Origin: Planctomycetota bacterium
GTDB lineage: Bacteria; Planctomycetota; UBA8108; SXIK01
Assembly: GCA_965223265.1 (NCBI GenBank)
Contig: OZ244999.1
Location: 8,224,001-8,288,000 of the forward strand
Length of the DNA: 64,000 bases
Reading direction: 5' to 3'
The notes below the pieces were generated by a model. It searched no databases, was not told where the DNA came from, and worked only from the letters and a program-made list of their open reading frames with translations. Each line of letters begins with the position of its first letter. The first letter of the stretch is position 1. Both the position numbers and the translations under genes were made by a program. Positions 19,301 through 28,979 of the stretch are shown here, in pieces.

Positions 19301-21857
19301 GTGCCGTCAGCGCTGCGTAAGCCTCCGCACCGAGGCTCGGGAAGCGGTCCGGGAACACCGCTGCCAAAAACTCCTGGTGCAGCGCGAAGCGCCGAACGTT
19401 CTGGTACGTCGTCTCCAAAAGCCTCCCGTCTGCAGGACGAGCAGGCGTTATGTACTTACCGGCGCGGTCGACGATGCCGCGGGACGTCGCCGTCGTCATG
19501 TCGACGAAATCGAGTTCTGTGCACAGGGCGCTGAGAAAATCCTCTGCTGCGACGCCCGGAGCAGACTTGTTGAGAAAGATGTTCGCGTCGCTCGAGCCGC
19601 GGTTGACGACAACCACGTCAAGGCTGCCGTTGGCGTCGAGGTCGATCGGTAAGGAAAAGCGGGTACGCGAGCCACCGGTCAGCTGCGTGAGAACGATCGG
19701 AAACGTACCGTCACCCTTGCCGGGTAGAAACGACACTGTGTTGTTCGCGTCTTCCTGTCCGGCCGCGAGGACATCCAGCGTGCCATCGCCATCGATGTCG
19801 CCGACCGCAACAGAGAAAGGCGCGGTTCCGGCATCGAAGGTACCGCCATCGATGAGGACGCCGCCGCCCTGATTGAGAAGCGATGTCACGCTGCGTGACT
19901 GATTGTTCGCGACAACTACATCGAGCCAACCATTCTGATCCAGATCGGCGATTTCCACCCAGAGCGGGCTCCCGTGGAGGCTCACTGACTCCGCCGGCGC
20001 GAACGAACCGTCGCCTTGATTCCACAGCAGCGACGCATCACTGCTGGTGCGGTTGGCTGTCACGGCATCGATGTCGCCGTCACCATCGAGATCGCCGATC
20101 GCAAGGCCCCAAGGATTGGTTCCCACCGGAAACGTCTGCCGCTGGCCGAGCGTGCCGTCGCCGAAACCTGGATGCAGAACGACCACGCTATCGCCCGTGG
20201 CGATCAATAAGACGTCGACGTGGCCGTCGCCGTGGAAGTCGGCGGCGCGACTCACCCATGGGGCTTCACCAGTGCCATAGTCGACGGGCGGAGCAAAGTT
20301 GGTGCCATCGTCGAGGTTGAGGTTGACGGCGATCTTGTGCGCCGCGCGGTTGCCCACGATGATGTCTTGCCTGCCGTCTTCGTTCAGGTCTGCGCCGACG
20401 ACCGTCATAAGATGCCCACTCGTGTGGACGTGCCGGACAAGGGGCGCTCCGAGGACACCGCTGCCATCGTTACGGAGGATGGAAAACGACAGGTCCGGAC
20501 CGTTCGCCGTGGCGACGTCAAGCAGACCATCGCTGTCGATATCGACCGCTGTGACCGAATGAGCTTGACCGCCGAGTGGCGCTAGCGACGAGCTGACGCG
20601 CAATCCTCCGGGCTCACGGTTCCACAGAATGGCGACACGCGGTGGGTCGATGTTGGCGAGCGCGATGTCGTCGTCGCCGTCGCCGTCGAAATCTCCAGGT
20701 AGCGCCCAGAACACGGTGACATTGATCTCCTCGGCCGGGATGAACGACCCTCCAACGTTCACGAGTGTCGAAATGCTACGTCCGCCGCCGACGCTGACGA
20801 CGATGTCAACGTCACCGTCGCCATCGACGTCGCTCGGGGTGGTGGAGCGCGGGTTGACGTTGTGAACCAAAGGTTCAGTGAACTGGAAGTTGCCTTCATT
20901 GAAGAAAATCGACAGTGCGCGCCGTACGGTCACAAGAAGATCCGCGTCTCCGTCGTCGTCGAAGTCTGCGGTGTGGACCTCGGAGGGACCCGAGCCACCG
21001 GCGTCGATGGACCCAACCGAGACAAACGTGCCGTCGCCCTGGTTGCGTAGGATCGAAAGGTCGTTCGTGTCGCGGTTCGCGACGACGAGATCGCCGTGGC
21101 CATCGCCGTCGAGGTCTTCAGCGCGCACGGCCGTCGGTCGCTCGCCGACGAGGTGTTCGACGGCGTCGGCGAAGGTGACGCCCGCGCCGGTCTCGACGTT
21201 GGCGAGAATCACGAAGACTTTGTCGTCGACGCCGTTGGCGGCGAGCAGATCGCTGGCGCCGTCGCCACTGACGTCGCCCGCGGCGACGACGCGCGTGAAC
21301 GCTGGCACCGCGACCTCAAGAGGTGGATCCCAGGTCCGGTCGCCGCGATTGAGGAACACGAGGAGCAGGGTTGAGTTGGCGGTCGCCAAGTCGCTTCTGC
21401 CGTCGCCGTTGAAGTCGCCGGCAGCGATGCTCGTCGCGTCAGTCCCCGCGTCGAGCGGAATCGCCGCGTCGAACTCGCCGTCGCCGCGGCTCGAGTGAAC
21501 GGTGATAATCGAGGCCTTCGACGTCGGTTCCTGACTGAGGACCGCGACGTCGTCGAGGCCGTCGGCATTGAAGTCGCGGTGGACCGACCACACGGGTCGC
21601 GGCGTCGGAACGAAACCACTCTCCTTGATCGAGAACTGTGGAGGTTCGAACTCGCACTCGTCGGGAATGAGGTTGGCGTTACAGTCAGCGCTTGTGCCGT
21701 CCGCAACGTCGGTCGCGTCCTCGACACCGTTGACGTTGCAGTCGGCGGCCTTGAGCAAGCGAGGCGTCTCGATAGCGACAGTGACGAGGACACCGAAGAG
21801 AAGTATCGCAGTCCACCATCGCGAACGGCCGAAAGAGTGGTTGTCGTAGAAGTTCAT
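16353..21857 (-). CDS. Secreted FG-GAP/dikinase-like/dockerin-like protein, copy 2
   Basis: Likely start MNFYD at 21857 followed by a signal peptide ending AADCNVNG; the upstream ORF extension lies in REP DNA; same motifs as copy 1. Confidence 0.85.
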   Translation of the reverse strand: MNFYDNHSFGRSRWWTAILLFGVLVTVAIETPRLLKAADCNVNGVEDATDVADGTSADCNANLIPDECEFEPPQFSIKESGFVPTPRPVWSVHRDFNADGLDDVAVLSQEPTSKASIITVHSSRGDGEFDAAIPLDAGTDATSIAAGDFNGDGRSDLATANSTLLLVFLNRGDRTWDPPLEVAVPAFTRVVAAGDVSGDGASDLLAANGVDDKVFVILANVETGAGVTFADAVEHLVGERPTAVRAEDLDGDGHGDLVVANRDTNDLSILRNQGDGTFVSVGSIDAGGSGPSEVHTADFDDDGDADLLVTVRRALSIFFNEGNFQFTEPLVHNVNPRSTTPSDVDGDGDVDIVVSVGGGRSISTLVNVGGSFIPAEEINVTVFWALPGDFDGDGDDDIALANIDPPRVAILWNREPGGLRVSSSLAPLGGQAHSVTAVDIDSDGLLDVATANGPDLSFSILRNDGSGVLGAPLVRHVHTSGHLMTVVGADLNEDGRQDIIVGNRAAHKIAVNLNLDDGTNFAPPVDYGTGEAPWVSRAADFHGDGHVDVLLIATGDSVVVLHPGFGDGTLGQRQTFPVGTNPWGLAIGDLDGDGDIDAVTANRTSSDASLLWNQGDGSFAPAESVSLHGSPLWVEIADLDQNGWLDVVVANNQSRSVTSLLNQGGGVLIDGGTFDAGTAPFSVAVGDIDGDGTLDVLAAGQEDANNTVSFLPGKGDGTFPIVLTQLTGGSRTRFSLPIDLDANGSLDVVVVNRGSSDANIFLNKSAPGVAAEDFLSALCTELDFVDMTTATSRGIVDRAGKYITPARPADGRLLETTYQNVRRFALHQEFLAAVFPDRFPSLGAEAYAALTARRATREYYAGVINRLRLPGSESESGGIAYGFTVVVDGSDSTELLRQEEVGAVYAELRQTFTLEPLGYFPDTPAARDRASEWSGAEFEIFFDTTSGPVDFEAYTQGVGFGRLRVLTEEELSAASETGEISFQNILVLEIAPRDIEGVFSGVVTGQRQVELSHLAIRTARRGTPNAYVSGALEEFREWDGQLVRLEVTAGGYTIRAASQEEAEEHWRTSRPSLEVAPTLDSEFSELLTLGEIAELESSGLSGVPRFGGKATNLSRLQEILTGEYAEYQEKGFAIPMRYYVEFMRENRLESFLDRSREVTYEEYVQELLVDESFQTDSRVRFEALDMLRDHMRDEGVVRAEVIALVAARVREVMGTSETTRVRFRSSSNVEDDLQFNGAGLYNSTSGCLADEFDGDEEGPSQCDSEETNERTITRALKRVWRSLWNFRAYEEREFFGIDQEIAAMGILVNRTFIGEASQGVAFTGNTSNILDRRYVVTAQLGEESVVSPEPGVLAETNVLELVEGEVVEVIRAVRSTLVGEGEVVVSEAQLGELGRLMWHMDENFPLDLGRFDRSQVLLDVEYKFMSDGELAVKQVRPFLLSEPPPPTPEFTLEVPEGFELCGVFQEAGVNRGPRQEYELKSNVKLRSGTIPLTTTRDSFTAELFDEVRFGPERQVATPLESGRFRLRRIPNGELTKYRFTFAQRWGLDDGTVLEIELLAPLEFEARGEEPISGVRVLSDAEFTTQASLEPLKARVNGQRLVNYGSCRHQLLPLWRIDVTLADGGTLTLNERFSDDEARFFGTNPASLQRATVSLPGGHEETIRDYWRLVYSASRHNLAVHYWIVLAEPVAVDGTGGLVRAIEFAEPTSTSVATARYLGVDLEPLKTLDVTSFDRRETEAEPTPFRRGDVDASGQLDLSDALAALNYIFGRAVAPSCVKSADANDDGKLNVTDGVTILLHLFAGRGDLAAPFTGCGADTTPDLLSCFAHSPCDSP
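17455..19466 (-). repeat. ~2.0-kb near-identical core, copy in gene 2 (inverted relative to the others)
   Basis: Reverse complement matches 43970-45981 from RAGKYITP to CGVFQEAG; identical shadow ORFs appear in the ORF track. Confidence 0.95.
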
Positions 21858-21888
21858 GGCAGCTCGAGTTGAACGGTTCGATGCAGCA

Positions 21889-22410
21889 AGATAGCAGGCA
21901 CGGTCCGAGGCTAGGAATTCTTTAACGTGCCGTCGTAACTCACGGTCACGTCGGGACGGCATACAGCAGTGGGCGACTACTTTGAAGATCGAGTTGGTGA
22001 CGGTACGTGCCCATAGTAGCAGGCACACGCCGTGTGCCGTAGCGCTCTTTCGTTAGTACGATCGCTCCCATTGAGGGTCTATCTCACGCTCCTTGCGAGC
22101 CTCGCGTGAATCTTTTTTCTTGGCGCCAAGAGCGCAAGGTCGCAACGGAAGTGGAGACGTGTTTGAGCGCCTGACGCTTCTCTGCCAGGTCTTCGTTGAC
22201 TTCGTTTGCTTCGTTTGCTGCCGGTGAAGAGATGAGAAGAAGAACTGAACAAAAGGAAACGAAGTCAACGAAGGGCGGCCGCGCAAAGTAGCAGGCACAC
22301 GCCGTGTGCCGTCCGGAGGTGATGGTACGAAGGCATGTTTTAAATCTTCACAGCCTCGCCGCGTGCCGTCGCTCAGTCTCCCGTTACGGTATACAGAAGT
22401 TTGCCTACTA
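21889..22410. repeat. Cluster of GTAG-type REP-like palindromic elements
   Basis: (AA)AGTAGCAGGCACACGCCGTGTGCCGT at 22015 and 22285, degenerate inverted partners ending CTACTTT/CTACTA; related to 58303-58500. Confidence 0.75.
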
Positions 22411-22425
22411 CGTTCCGGACAGGTC

Positions 22426-25248
22426 CTATGGTTCCTCGCGGCATAAGTCGGGGCAGCTCGCCAGCGTGGTGCACCCAGTTCCGAGTCGCGATGCGGCACC
22501 GGAGCCAAAGAGATAGTTGAGGGTGTCCACGGCGTCAGCGAGATCGACGCGCGTGTCGTCGTTGACGTCGAGGAGCGCCGTGTTTCCGGCATCACTCAGG
22601 CACGGAGGCGCTGGTGCGCCGATGACGAAGAGGTGGCGCAGGAGTCCGATCGCGTCGGAGACGTTGAGGCGCCCGTCCTGGTTGAAGTCTGCGACGACCT
22701 GCAAACCACCGTTGAGTTCAGCTTCGAGGCTGCCGTCAGCCCACTCGAGTCGCGGGTTGAGCCAATCGCGGATGTGCTGCACCTCGTCGTCCCACGAGAT
22801 GAAGGTTTCCGGAGGCGTCCAGCGCTCGAAATTGCGCCTCGCTGCTTCCGCGCCGATTTCTTCGACGACTTCATCGAGCAGGGCGTTGACGTTTTCGGTA
22901 CTCAGCGGGCCGCGGCGCAGTTCGTGCCAGCGCTCAACGTAGCGCTCGAGGAAGGCACGATCTTCGAGCAGGTACTGCCACCAACCGAAAAAGCGGACTT
23001 CCGACCAGGAATCCGGCGTACCACGCACGCCGAGCGAAATGTTGAAGTCCCAGATCGGCCCGTACTCGAGCTTCTGCCCGCGCCGTTTGAAGAAGTAGCT
23101 GCTCTTTTTGAAACCGTCGGCGTTGCGAGAGAGCTCGTTGAGGATATGGTGATCGATCCACGAGTCAACGTCGATGAACGCGGGGTAGCCAAGCTGCAGA
23201 TCACCGACGTTCTCACTCACGAGCGCGTCGGAAAAATCGCGCAAATGTCCGACAAACCACGCAGCTTGTTCCGGCGTCACCTCCGCTTCCTTCGGATAGA
23301 CCCAGGCGAGATCGATGCCAGCGACGCCAAAGCCTGTGTCGCCGGCGTCAACCGGGTCGATCTTGACCATGTAACCGCCGGTGACTTCAGGCTCGGCGTT
23401 GTCGTCTGGCCCGAGAGCCTCCACGTCGACGCGCTCAGGGCCGCGCTTGATCTTTTCCATGAAGACGTAGAGGCCAACGTAGTCGTCCAGCGACACCTGA
23501 TCGTTCGACGTGCTCGTGAACACTTCGCAGAAACGGGTCCGCACGGCGTAGCGCCCAACTTGGCGGCTGAGACGGTACATGAAAGCGTTGCGGCTCAGCG
23601 ATCGATCTTGAAACGGCGCATAGAGCACCCAGTCTGACTCCTCCGGCATGTCGAAGAAGGCGACGTCGCGGTCCTCACCGCGATCGTTCTGGATTTCGAC
23701 GCCGAGCGACTTCTTCGGGTTATCGCGCGTGCTGGTGCCGCGCTGCTTGATGATGCCGCGCGCGGCGATGCTGCGTCCAGCGTCGAGCGTCGCACGACCG
23801 GTACCGTCCGGCTCGACGAGCTGCAGGTGCATCGGCGTCTGGCCGTTGAGAAAGATGCCGCCCCCGAACGTTGAAATCACGAAGATTGGCAGGTTGGAGG
23901 AGAAGTCGGCGGCGTCGGCTGCGATGGCGAGATAGGACTCTTCGTCGATCTCGCTCGGCACGAGGTCCGGGCCGTACGTGCGTGCACGGATGCGCGTCGT
24001 GGTCGTGCGCACAAGCGGCTGCGTATAGAGCGGAGAGTCCTGTGTCGGCACGCTGCCGTCGGTGGTGAAATGGATGCTGGTCTCTGGGGGCGCCGTCAGC
24101 TCGATCGTCATCTCGCCAACGAAGTGCGTGCTGCGTACCGAGAACATCGGCTCGGGGGCGATCCCGCTCTGACCACTTGGCGGATTCGGCAGCCCCGGCG
24201 TCGGTGCCGCGAAGTAGCGCGGCGTCTCACCAACGCTTGTCAGCGAGACACTTTCGAGGCGCGGCACGAAGAGGAAGTCCTCGCTGCGGAAACTGTCGTT
24301 CATGGCCTGAAACGCCAGGATGTTGACGCCCTCGACGAAAAGATCGCTCGCCCCAGCGAGGGAGATTTCTTCTACTTCGAGTGCTTCGTCAACGGGCCTT
24401 GGTGAGACCGCCTGCGAATTGACGCGGGTGGCGTCAGCGTTTCGGCGTGCCACTTCCACGCCGTTTAAGTAGGCGACGAAGCCGCTTTCATACTGCACGA
24501 GGAGGCGTACGAGCTTCGGCTGGTCGCCGGCCCCGACGACGATCGGATAACGAAGGAAGATCGACGCGTTCTTGCCCTGCATGAGCTCGCCGACGTCGGT
24601 AGCGATGAGATCGCCGAACGTTGGCATCGCTTTTTGATCGTATCCCAGCGTGCCGCTCACTTCCGCCCAGCCGGAGTCGTCGAGACCCGGCAAGTTCCAA
24701 CCTTCGGGAAGATCCGAGCGGCGCTCGGTCACTAAAGCACGCCCCATCGATGAGGATTCTACGAGCGCCGCGGTAGAGGTCTCCATCGTGAGGCCGAACG
24801 ATGCGTCCACCCGCTGCGCGGGGTACTCTGGAGCGAAACTTGAAACCAAGTCGCCGGCGGGAGAGAAAAGACCCAGGAAGTCGCCACCGCGCGCCAACCT
24901 AAAGCTCGTGTGCAGCTCCTGTGCGTTATCGCGTCGATCCTTGCCAGAGGCGAAGACGACGAGAAACTCTCCCGGCCCAAGCGTGATATCCGGGACGATC
25001 CACTGCGCGGGGTCGGCGGCATCGTCGCTGAGGCTCCAGCCACCGAGCTCAACTGCGACCTCGGTGTCGTTGACGAGTTCGATCCAATCCGACGCATCGC
25101 CGTCGACATCGACCAGTGTGTTCAGATTTGACGCCATGAACTCGCTGATGACGACAGCGTTCACCTTCGCTGTCGTGAACGCCAGGACGATCGACGCGCC
25201 CCAAGTTAAGCGCCTCAGTGTGCGACTGCGGATCTTCACGACGCGCAT
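22426..25248 (-). CDS. Secreted CotH kinase family protein with lamin-tail, chitobiase/Fn3-like and dockerin-like domains
   Basis: ISEFMASN...SDWIEL (LTD), IHFTTDGSVPT, RGTST...KKS, ESDWVL, RNADG..SSYF, GPIWDFN, C-terminal DFNQDGRLNVSDA; start MRVVK at 25248 preferred. Confidence 0.88.
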   Translation of the reverse strand: MRVVKIRSRTLRRLTWGASIVLAFTTAKVNAVVISEFMASNLNTLVDVDGDASDWIELVNDTEVAVELGGWSLSDDAADPAQWIVPDITLGPGEFLVVFASGKDRRDNAQELHTSFRLARGGDFLGLFSPAGDLVSSFAPEYPAQRVDASFGLTMETSTAALVESSSMGRALVTERRSDLPEGWNLPGLDDSGWAEVSGTLGYDQKAMPTFGDLIATDVGELMQGKNASIFLRYPIVVGAGDQPKLVRLLVQYESGFVAYLNGVEVARRNADATRVNSQAVSPRPVDEALEVEEISLAGASDLFVEGVNILAFQAMNDSFRSEDFLFVPRLESVSLTSVGETPRYFAAPTPGLPNPPSGQSGIAPEPMFSVRSTHFVGEMTIELTAPPETSIHFTTDGSVPTQDSPLYTQPLVRTTTTRIRARTYGPDLVPSEIDEESYLAIAADAADFSSNLPIFVISTFGGGIFLNGQTPMHLQLVEPDGTGRATLDAGRSIAARGIIKQRGTSTRDNPKKSLGVEIQNDRGEDRDVAFFDMPEESDWVLYAPFQDRSLSRNAFMYRLSRQVGRYAVRTRFCEVFTSTSNDQVSLDDYVGLYVFMEKIKRGPERVDVEALGPDDNAEPEVTGGYMVKIDPVDAGDTGFGVAGIDLAWVYPKEAEVTPEQAAWFVGHLRDFSDALVSENVGDLQLGYPAFIDVDSWIDHHILNELSRNADGFKKSSYFFKRRGQKLEYGPIWDFNISLGVRGTPDSWSEVRFFGWWQYLLEDRAFLERYVERWHELRRGPLSTENVNALLDEVVEEIGAEAARRNFERWTPPETFISWDDEVQHIRDWLNPRLEWADGSLEAELNGGLQVVADFNQDGRLNVSDAIGLLRHLFVIGAPAPPCLSDAGNTALLDVNDDTRVDLADAVDTLNYLFGSGAASRLGTGCTTLASCPDLCREEP

Positions 25249-25403
25249 CCCCCAAACTGTGGTTCGACGGAGAGGCCTATCCGTCAGACTCCGTCCAACA
25301 ACGAACAAGGTGCGACCTGCGGCAGTTCCGTTCAATCTTACGGACGGGGCCCGTAGAGCGAAGCGGCTTCTTGCCGCCAGTGACGGTTCAACGGGCTGCT
25401 AAC

Positions 25404-25453
25404 AAAACGGCCAGCGCTCCATCGGCTCGAGAGCCTGGGAACGCTGGCCGTTT
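25404..25453 (-). terminator. Rho-independent terminator downstream of the LamG/dockerin gene
   Basis: Stem AAACGGCCAGCG...CGCTGGCCGTTT with inner GGCTC/GAGCC; followed by TTTTGTT on the minus strand. Confidence 0.7.
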
Positions 25454-25512
25454 CCAAACGGTTCGCTACGATCGTGCGGAGTTCCGCCGAACGCAGCTAA
25501 CCCATCGCTACG

Positions 25513-27822
25513 TTACGGTGTGCACGACTCTGGGCAGACTTCGACGGCAGTGAGCAGTCGACAATTCTGGCCGAGCACGTGCGGTGGGTTGCCAGCACCG
25601 GCGAACTGCCAGTTGAGCGACGCCACCGGATCGGAGATGTCGTGACCTCCATCACCGTTGAAGTCGGCGAGCTGGACACCTGTCGCATTCAATCCGACTC
25701 CAGCAACCAGGCAATCCTCAGCCGGAATGCCCGCGAACTGGAAGTTGAGGTCTGCGACCGGGTCGGAGATGTCGACGCCACCGTCGAGGTTGAAGTCACC
25801 AGGGACGAACGGCTGCTTGACCGTCGAACCCTGGTAGTCCGAATCCTCGGGCACGAAGAGCGGGTCGTCCGTCAGCATCAGGACGTCGTACTTCGTGGTA
25901 TTGCCACCTTGGCGACGCGCGAAGACGAGCTCGTTCCCGCCGTCCTGCAGGTTGAGTTCGTGACCCTCCCAGCGATCACGCCCCGGGCCCTGAAGCCTCT
26001 GCCAGCACCAGAACGGACTACTGTCTTCCTCGAAGATGCGGTCGTCGTTACCGCGGCCACCACCGGTGAAGAGTCCGGTGTCCGGATCGAACGAGTCGAT
26101 GTCGGCATCGAGGTCGTTCGGGTCGTCACGGGCGACACAGTGGTCCGAGGTATTGAACGGGTTGATCGTGCGTCCCCAGAGATACCAGACACCCGCGCCA
26201 CCGCCGGCGAGGCTGATGTCGGGGAAGTAGCGGAGCAGCTGTCCTTGCTGCGAGCCCGCGTTCGGGGGATCGTTCGCTGGATTCGGCGCCGGGCTCATGT
26301 AGCCACCGAAGGCACCGCCGTACTCGCCGCCCTGGAACGAGCTGTTGCCAGGCGTGTACGTCTCCCGGCGCCAACCGAGGTCGCCGGCCGCTTCAGGCTC
26401 TCTCGAGCCCCAGTCCTCGCCTTCCCACCAGATCTGCACGCCGCCGTCGAGCTCGGAGACTCTGCAGCCGCCCGCCGGTGTCGCCACCAGCGGCTCAATC
26501 GTGAACTGGTCGGAGCTGACGGTGCGGGCGCCACCAGCATCCGGGCAGAGAAGGTTGTCGGTGACCTGCACGGTGACGATCCAGTCGCCTTCCCACAGGT
26601 CAAGATTGTGCTCGGCGCCCGTGCGGGTGTCGGTGCGCTCGACGAGAACCGGAGGATCTTCCGGCGTTGCGCCGGGCACTTCGACTTCGAAGGTCTTGGT
26701 GTCATCCTTCTTGGGGCCGCGTACGACGCGGGCGCCGGTGTTCTGCTCTTCAGCAGTGTACATGTACCAGAGGGTGTCGCCGTCCGGGTCATCACCGCCC
26801 GTTGCCGTCGCTAGGTAGGTGGTGGCGGAGACGACGACGTCCGGACTCTCGGCGGCTTTGGCAACGGTGATGCCGGTGACGGTCGCGTTGCTGTCGGCAG
26901 GGCACGCGATCGGCGCGGCCATGTCGGACTCGAACACGGCGGTGATCTCGTCGTCGCTCAACGGACCGTCGTAGAAGCGAACGTCATCGATGACGCCGTT
27001 GAAGTAGTTGTGATTCTCCGGTGGATCCGGGTTCTCCGGCGTTGGCGCCGGGAAGTTATCCGGCGTCGGTGCTCCGGACGGACCGCCAATACTGACGTCG
27101 CCAGGGGCTGGGCGCAGGCGGAAGTAGTTCGTGCCGCCGCCTTCGCTGCAAGTCGGGTCGCCGGGGTTATCGATCACACCGTCGATGTAGATCGAATAGT
27201 TGCCGGTCTCGATGCGGTTTTTCTCGAGGAAGACGACGCCGGTACCACCTTGGTGCGGCTGCGGGAACGGTAGCTTCTCGCAAATGAACTGCATGTCCAT
27301 GACCAGCGCGACGTGGTGCGGATCACCGTCGTTCACCTCGAGGACTGAGTTCAAGCCGCCGAGGTCGCCGATGATGGCGCGGACAAACCCGTTGTTGGGA
27401 CGCGGCGGATCAGCCGTCGGATCCGGGTTGCGCTCCGTGCCGAGATGCATGTACTTACGGCCCGGGTAAAAGTCCTCCCGGTTCTCCGCGATGATGATGC
27501 CATTCGGGGTGTCGGCATCGGCATCGGAGCGAATCCATGCGCTCCACGTGAAGCTATTCTGGAACTCGAAGCTCGCCGAGTCATCGACGACGGCGACGCC
27601 ATCGACACCGTCGAGCACCAGGCCGTTCGTGTCGACCAGACCGGCGCCGAAGCCGGCACCGCCTGAGAGCGTAGCATTACGACCTTGAGCACTCGAATCG
27701 GCCGCGGTCGTACCCGATGTCTCCTCGAATTTCCAATGACCGTGGTTGCTGGCTTGCGCGAACAACGCACCCGGCAAGCTCACAAAGAACATTGCGCATA
27801 ACAAGAACGCGAAAGAACGCAT
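25513..27822 (-). CDS. Secreted LamG/concanavalin-like domain protein with C-terminal dockerin-like domain
   Basis: Signal peptide, HWKFEETSGTTAADSS, FTWSAWI, FNGVIDDVRFY, FVPGDFNLDGGVDISDP..DFNGDGGHDISDP; GGAGG-like RBS upstream. Confidence 0.82.
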   Translation of the reverse strand: MRSFAFLLCAMFFVSLPGALFAQASNHGHWKFEETSGTTAADSSAQGRNATLSGGAGFGAGLVDTNGLVLDGVDGVAVVDDSASFEFQNSFTWSAWIRSDADADTPNGIIIAENREDFYPGRKYMHLGTERNPDPTADPPRPNNGFVRAIIGDLGGLNSVLEVNDGDPHHVALVMDMQFICEKLPFPQPHQGGTGVVFLEKNRIETGNYSIYIDGVIDNPGDPTCSEGGGTNYFRLRPAPGDVSIGGPSGAPTPDNFPAPTPENPDPPENHNYFNGVIDDVRFYDGPLSDDEITAVFESDMAAPIACPADSNATVTGITVAKAAESPDVVVSATTYLATATGGDDPDGDTLWYMYTAEEQNTGARVVRGPKKDDTKTFEVEVPGATPEDPPVLVERTDTRTGAEHNLDLWEGDWIVTVQVTDNLLCPDAGGARTVSSDQFTIEPLVATPAGGCRVSELDGGVQIWWEGEDWGSREPEAAGDLGWRRETYTPGNSSFQGGEYGGAFGGYMSPAPNPANDPPNAGSQQGQLLRYFPDISLAGGGAGVWYLWGRTINPFNTSDHCVARDDPNDLDADIDSFDPDTGLFTGGGRGNDDRIFEEDSSPFWCWQRLQGPGRDRWEGHELNLQDGGNELVFARRQGGNTTKYDVLMLTDDPLFVPEDSDYQGSTVKQPFVPGDFNLDGGVDISDPVADLNFQFAGIPAEDCLVAGVGLNATGVQLADFNGDGGHDISDPVASLNWQFAGAGNPPHVLGQNCRLLTAVEVCPESCTP

Positions 27823-28020
27823 AGGACCCTCCCTAAAAACCTACGGCGAACAACAACCTTTCCACGGTTGTTGACAATCGTTCCCTGTGTCGTGCTTAGT
27901 GCCCGTTTTCCCGCGCGCAAGACGGATTGGAGAGTTCGTTTGCGATCGGAAAAAGGACCCAAACCCTTCGCACTCCGTTCGCGAATATGAGAAACCAACC
28001 AGGGACCCGTGTCAACCGTC

Positions 28021-28156
28021 AACTGTATACAAACCCTTCGAACGCCCTTCCCGCGTCGTGCGGAGTGGGTCGGGGTTTGTGAACTCTTTGCGTCTGCGCG
28101 CGCGGAAAAGGGAATCTGCTCGCGACAAATTGCGTCTTCTGTATACTAAGTACAAT
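28021..28156. promoter_or_regulatory. Candidate GntR(FCD)-type operators CTGTATACAA (28023) and CTGTATACTAAGTACAA (28139) in a divergent promoter region
   Basis: AT-rich TGTATACA palindromes in GC-rich DNA upstream of the GntR gene. Confidence 0.45.
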
Positions 28157-28210
28157 TCCCGCGAATCGATGAAAGCGCGGGTTTTTTCAATCGACCTTAG
28201 GCTGCGTATC

Positions 28211-28939
28211 ATGAAACGCCCAGCGGATCTTAGAGTCCAGCCGGTTCAGCGCGTGACGCTCACCGATTCGGTGTACAAGAATCTCTTCGAAGCGATCGTC
28301 ACCGGTGCCTTTGCTGGCGGCGATGAACTCAACGAAGTCAGTCTGTCACGTCAGTTTAGCGTCAGTCGGACGCCTGTTCGGGAGGCTCTGCGGCTGCTCG
28401 CTGCGGAGGGGCTGGTGGACATTTCCAGTAATCGCAGCGCCACGGTTCGCCGGATATCCGAGCGTGACATGAGCGAGATCTACCAGATTCGCGGCGTTCT
28501 CGAGCCACTCGCCGCCTCGCTCGCCGCCGAGCGTATGCCGCGGGGAGAGGCGAGGCGGCTGCGGGAACGATTGGAGCGTATCGCGGGCGAGTTGTCTGGC
28601 CCGGACGAGGGTGAACCTGGGTTTGCGTTGCGTGACGTCGACTTCGACTGCTCGTTTCACGCGGCGATCGCTGGTGCCAGCGGGAATCGGCGTCTGCGCG
28701 ACGATATCTTGCGTCACACGAACGTCATCCGCTTGGTGCCGCGTCTCTTGGCGCAAACCGCGGAGCGTACGCGCCAAGTGTACGAGGAGCATGACCGCGT
28801 CTTGTCGGCGCTCGAAGCGAAGGACGCGGAGGCCGCACGGCGTGCCATGGAGGCACACGTTGCGTCGGCGACCCAGTGGCTCGAGACGGAAGGTCAGCGG
28901 CTTTTCCGTGTGCGCGACGAAGCCGCAGCGGCAACTTGA
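28211..28939 (+). CDS. GntR family transcriptional regulator (wHTH + FCD)
   Basis: LNEVSLSRQFSVSRTPVREALRLL, FHAAIAGASGN, EHDRVLSAL..D...MEAH; start ATG at 28211. Confidence 0.92.
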   Translation: MKRPADLRVQPVQRVTLTDSVYKNLFEAIVTGAFAGGDELNEVSLSRQFSVSRTPVREALRLLAAEGLVDISSNRSATVRRISERDMSEIYQIRGVLEPLAASLAAERMPRGEARRLRERLERIAGELSGPDEGEPGFALRDVDFDCSFHAAIAGASGNRRLRDDILRHTNVIRLVPRLLAQTAERTRQVYEEHDRVLSALEAKDAEAARRAMEAHVASATQWLETEGQRLFRVRDEAAAAT

Positions 28940-28979
28940 TCAAATCTGCCCGGCCAGATTTCGCATTGGGTGGAAGTCG

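Noticed and set aside
27887-28979. Long upstream extensions of the GntR and PA14-cytochrome ORFs
   Set aside because: Arg/Ser-rich non-protein-like sequence overlapping the promoter or the neighbouring gene; better starts at 28211 and 28980
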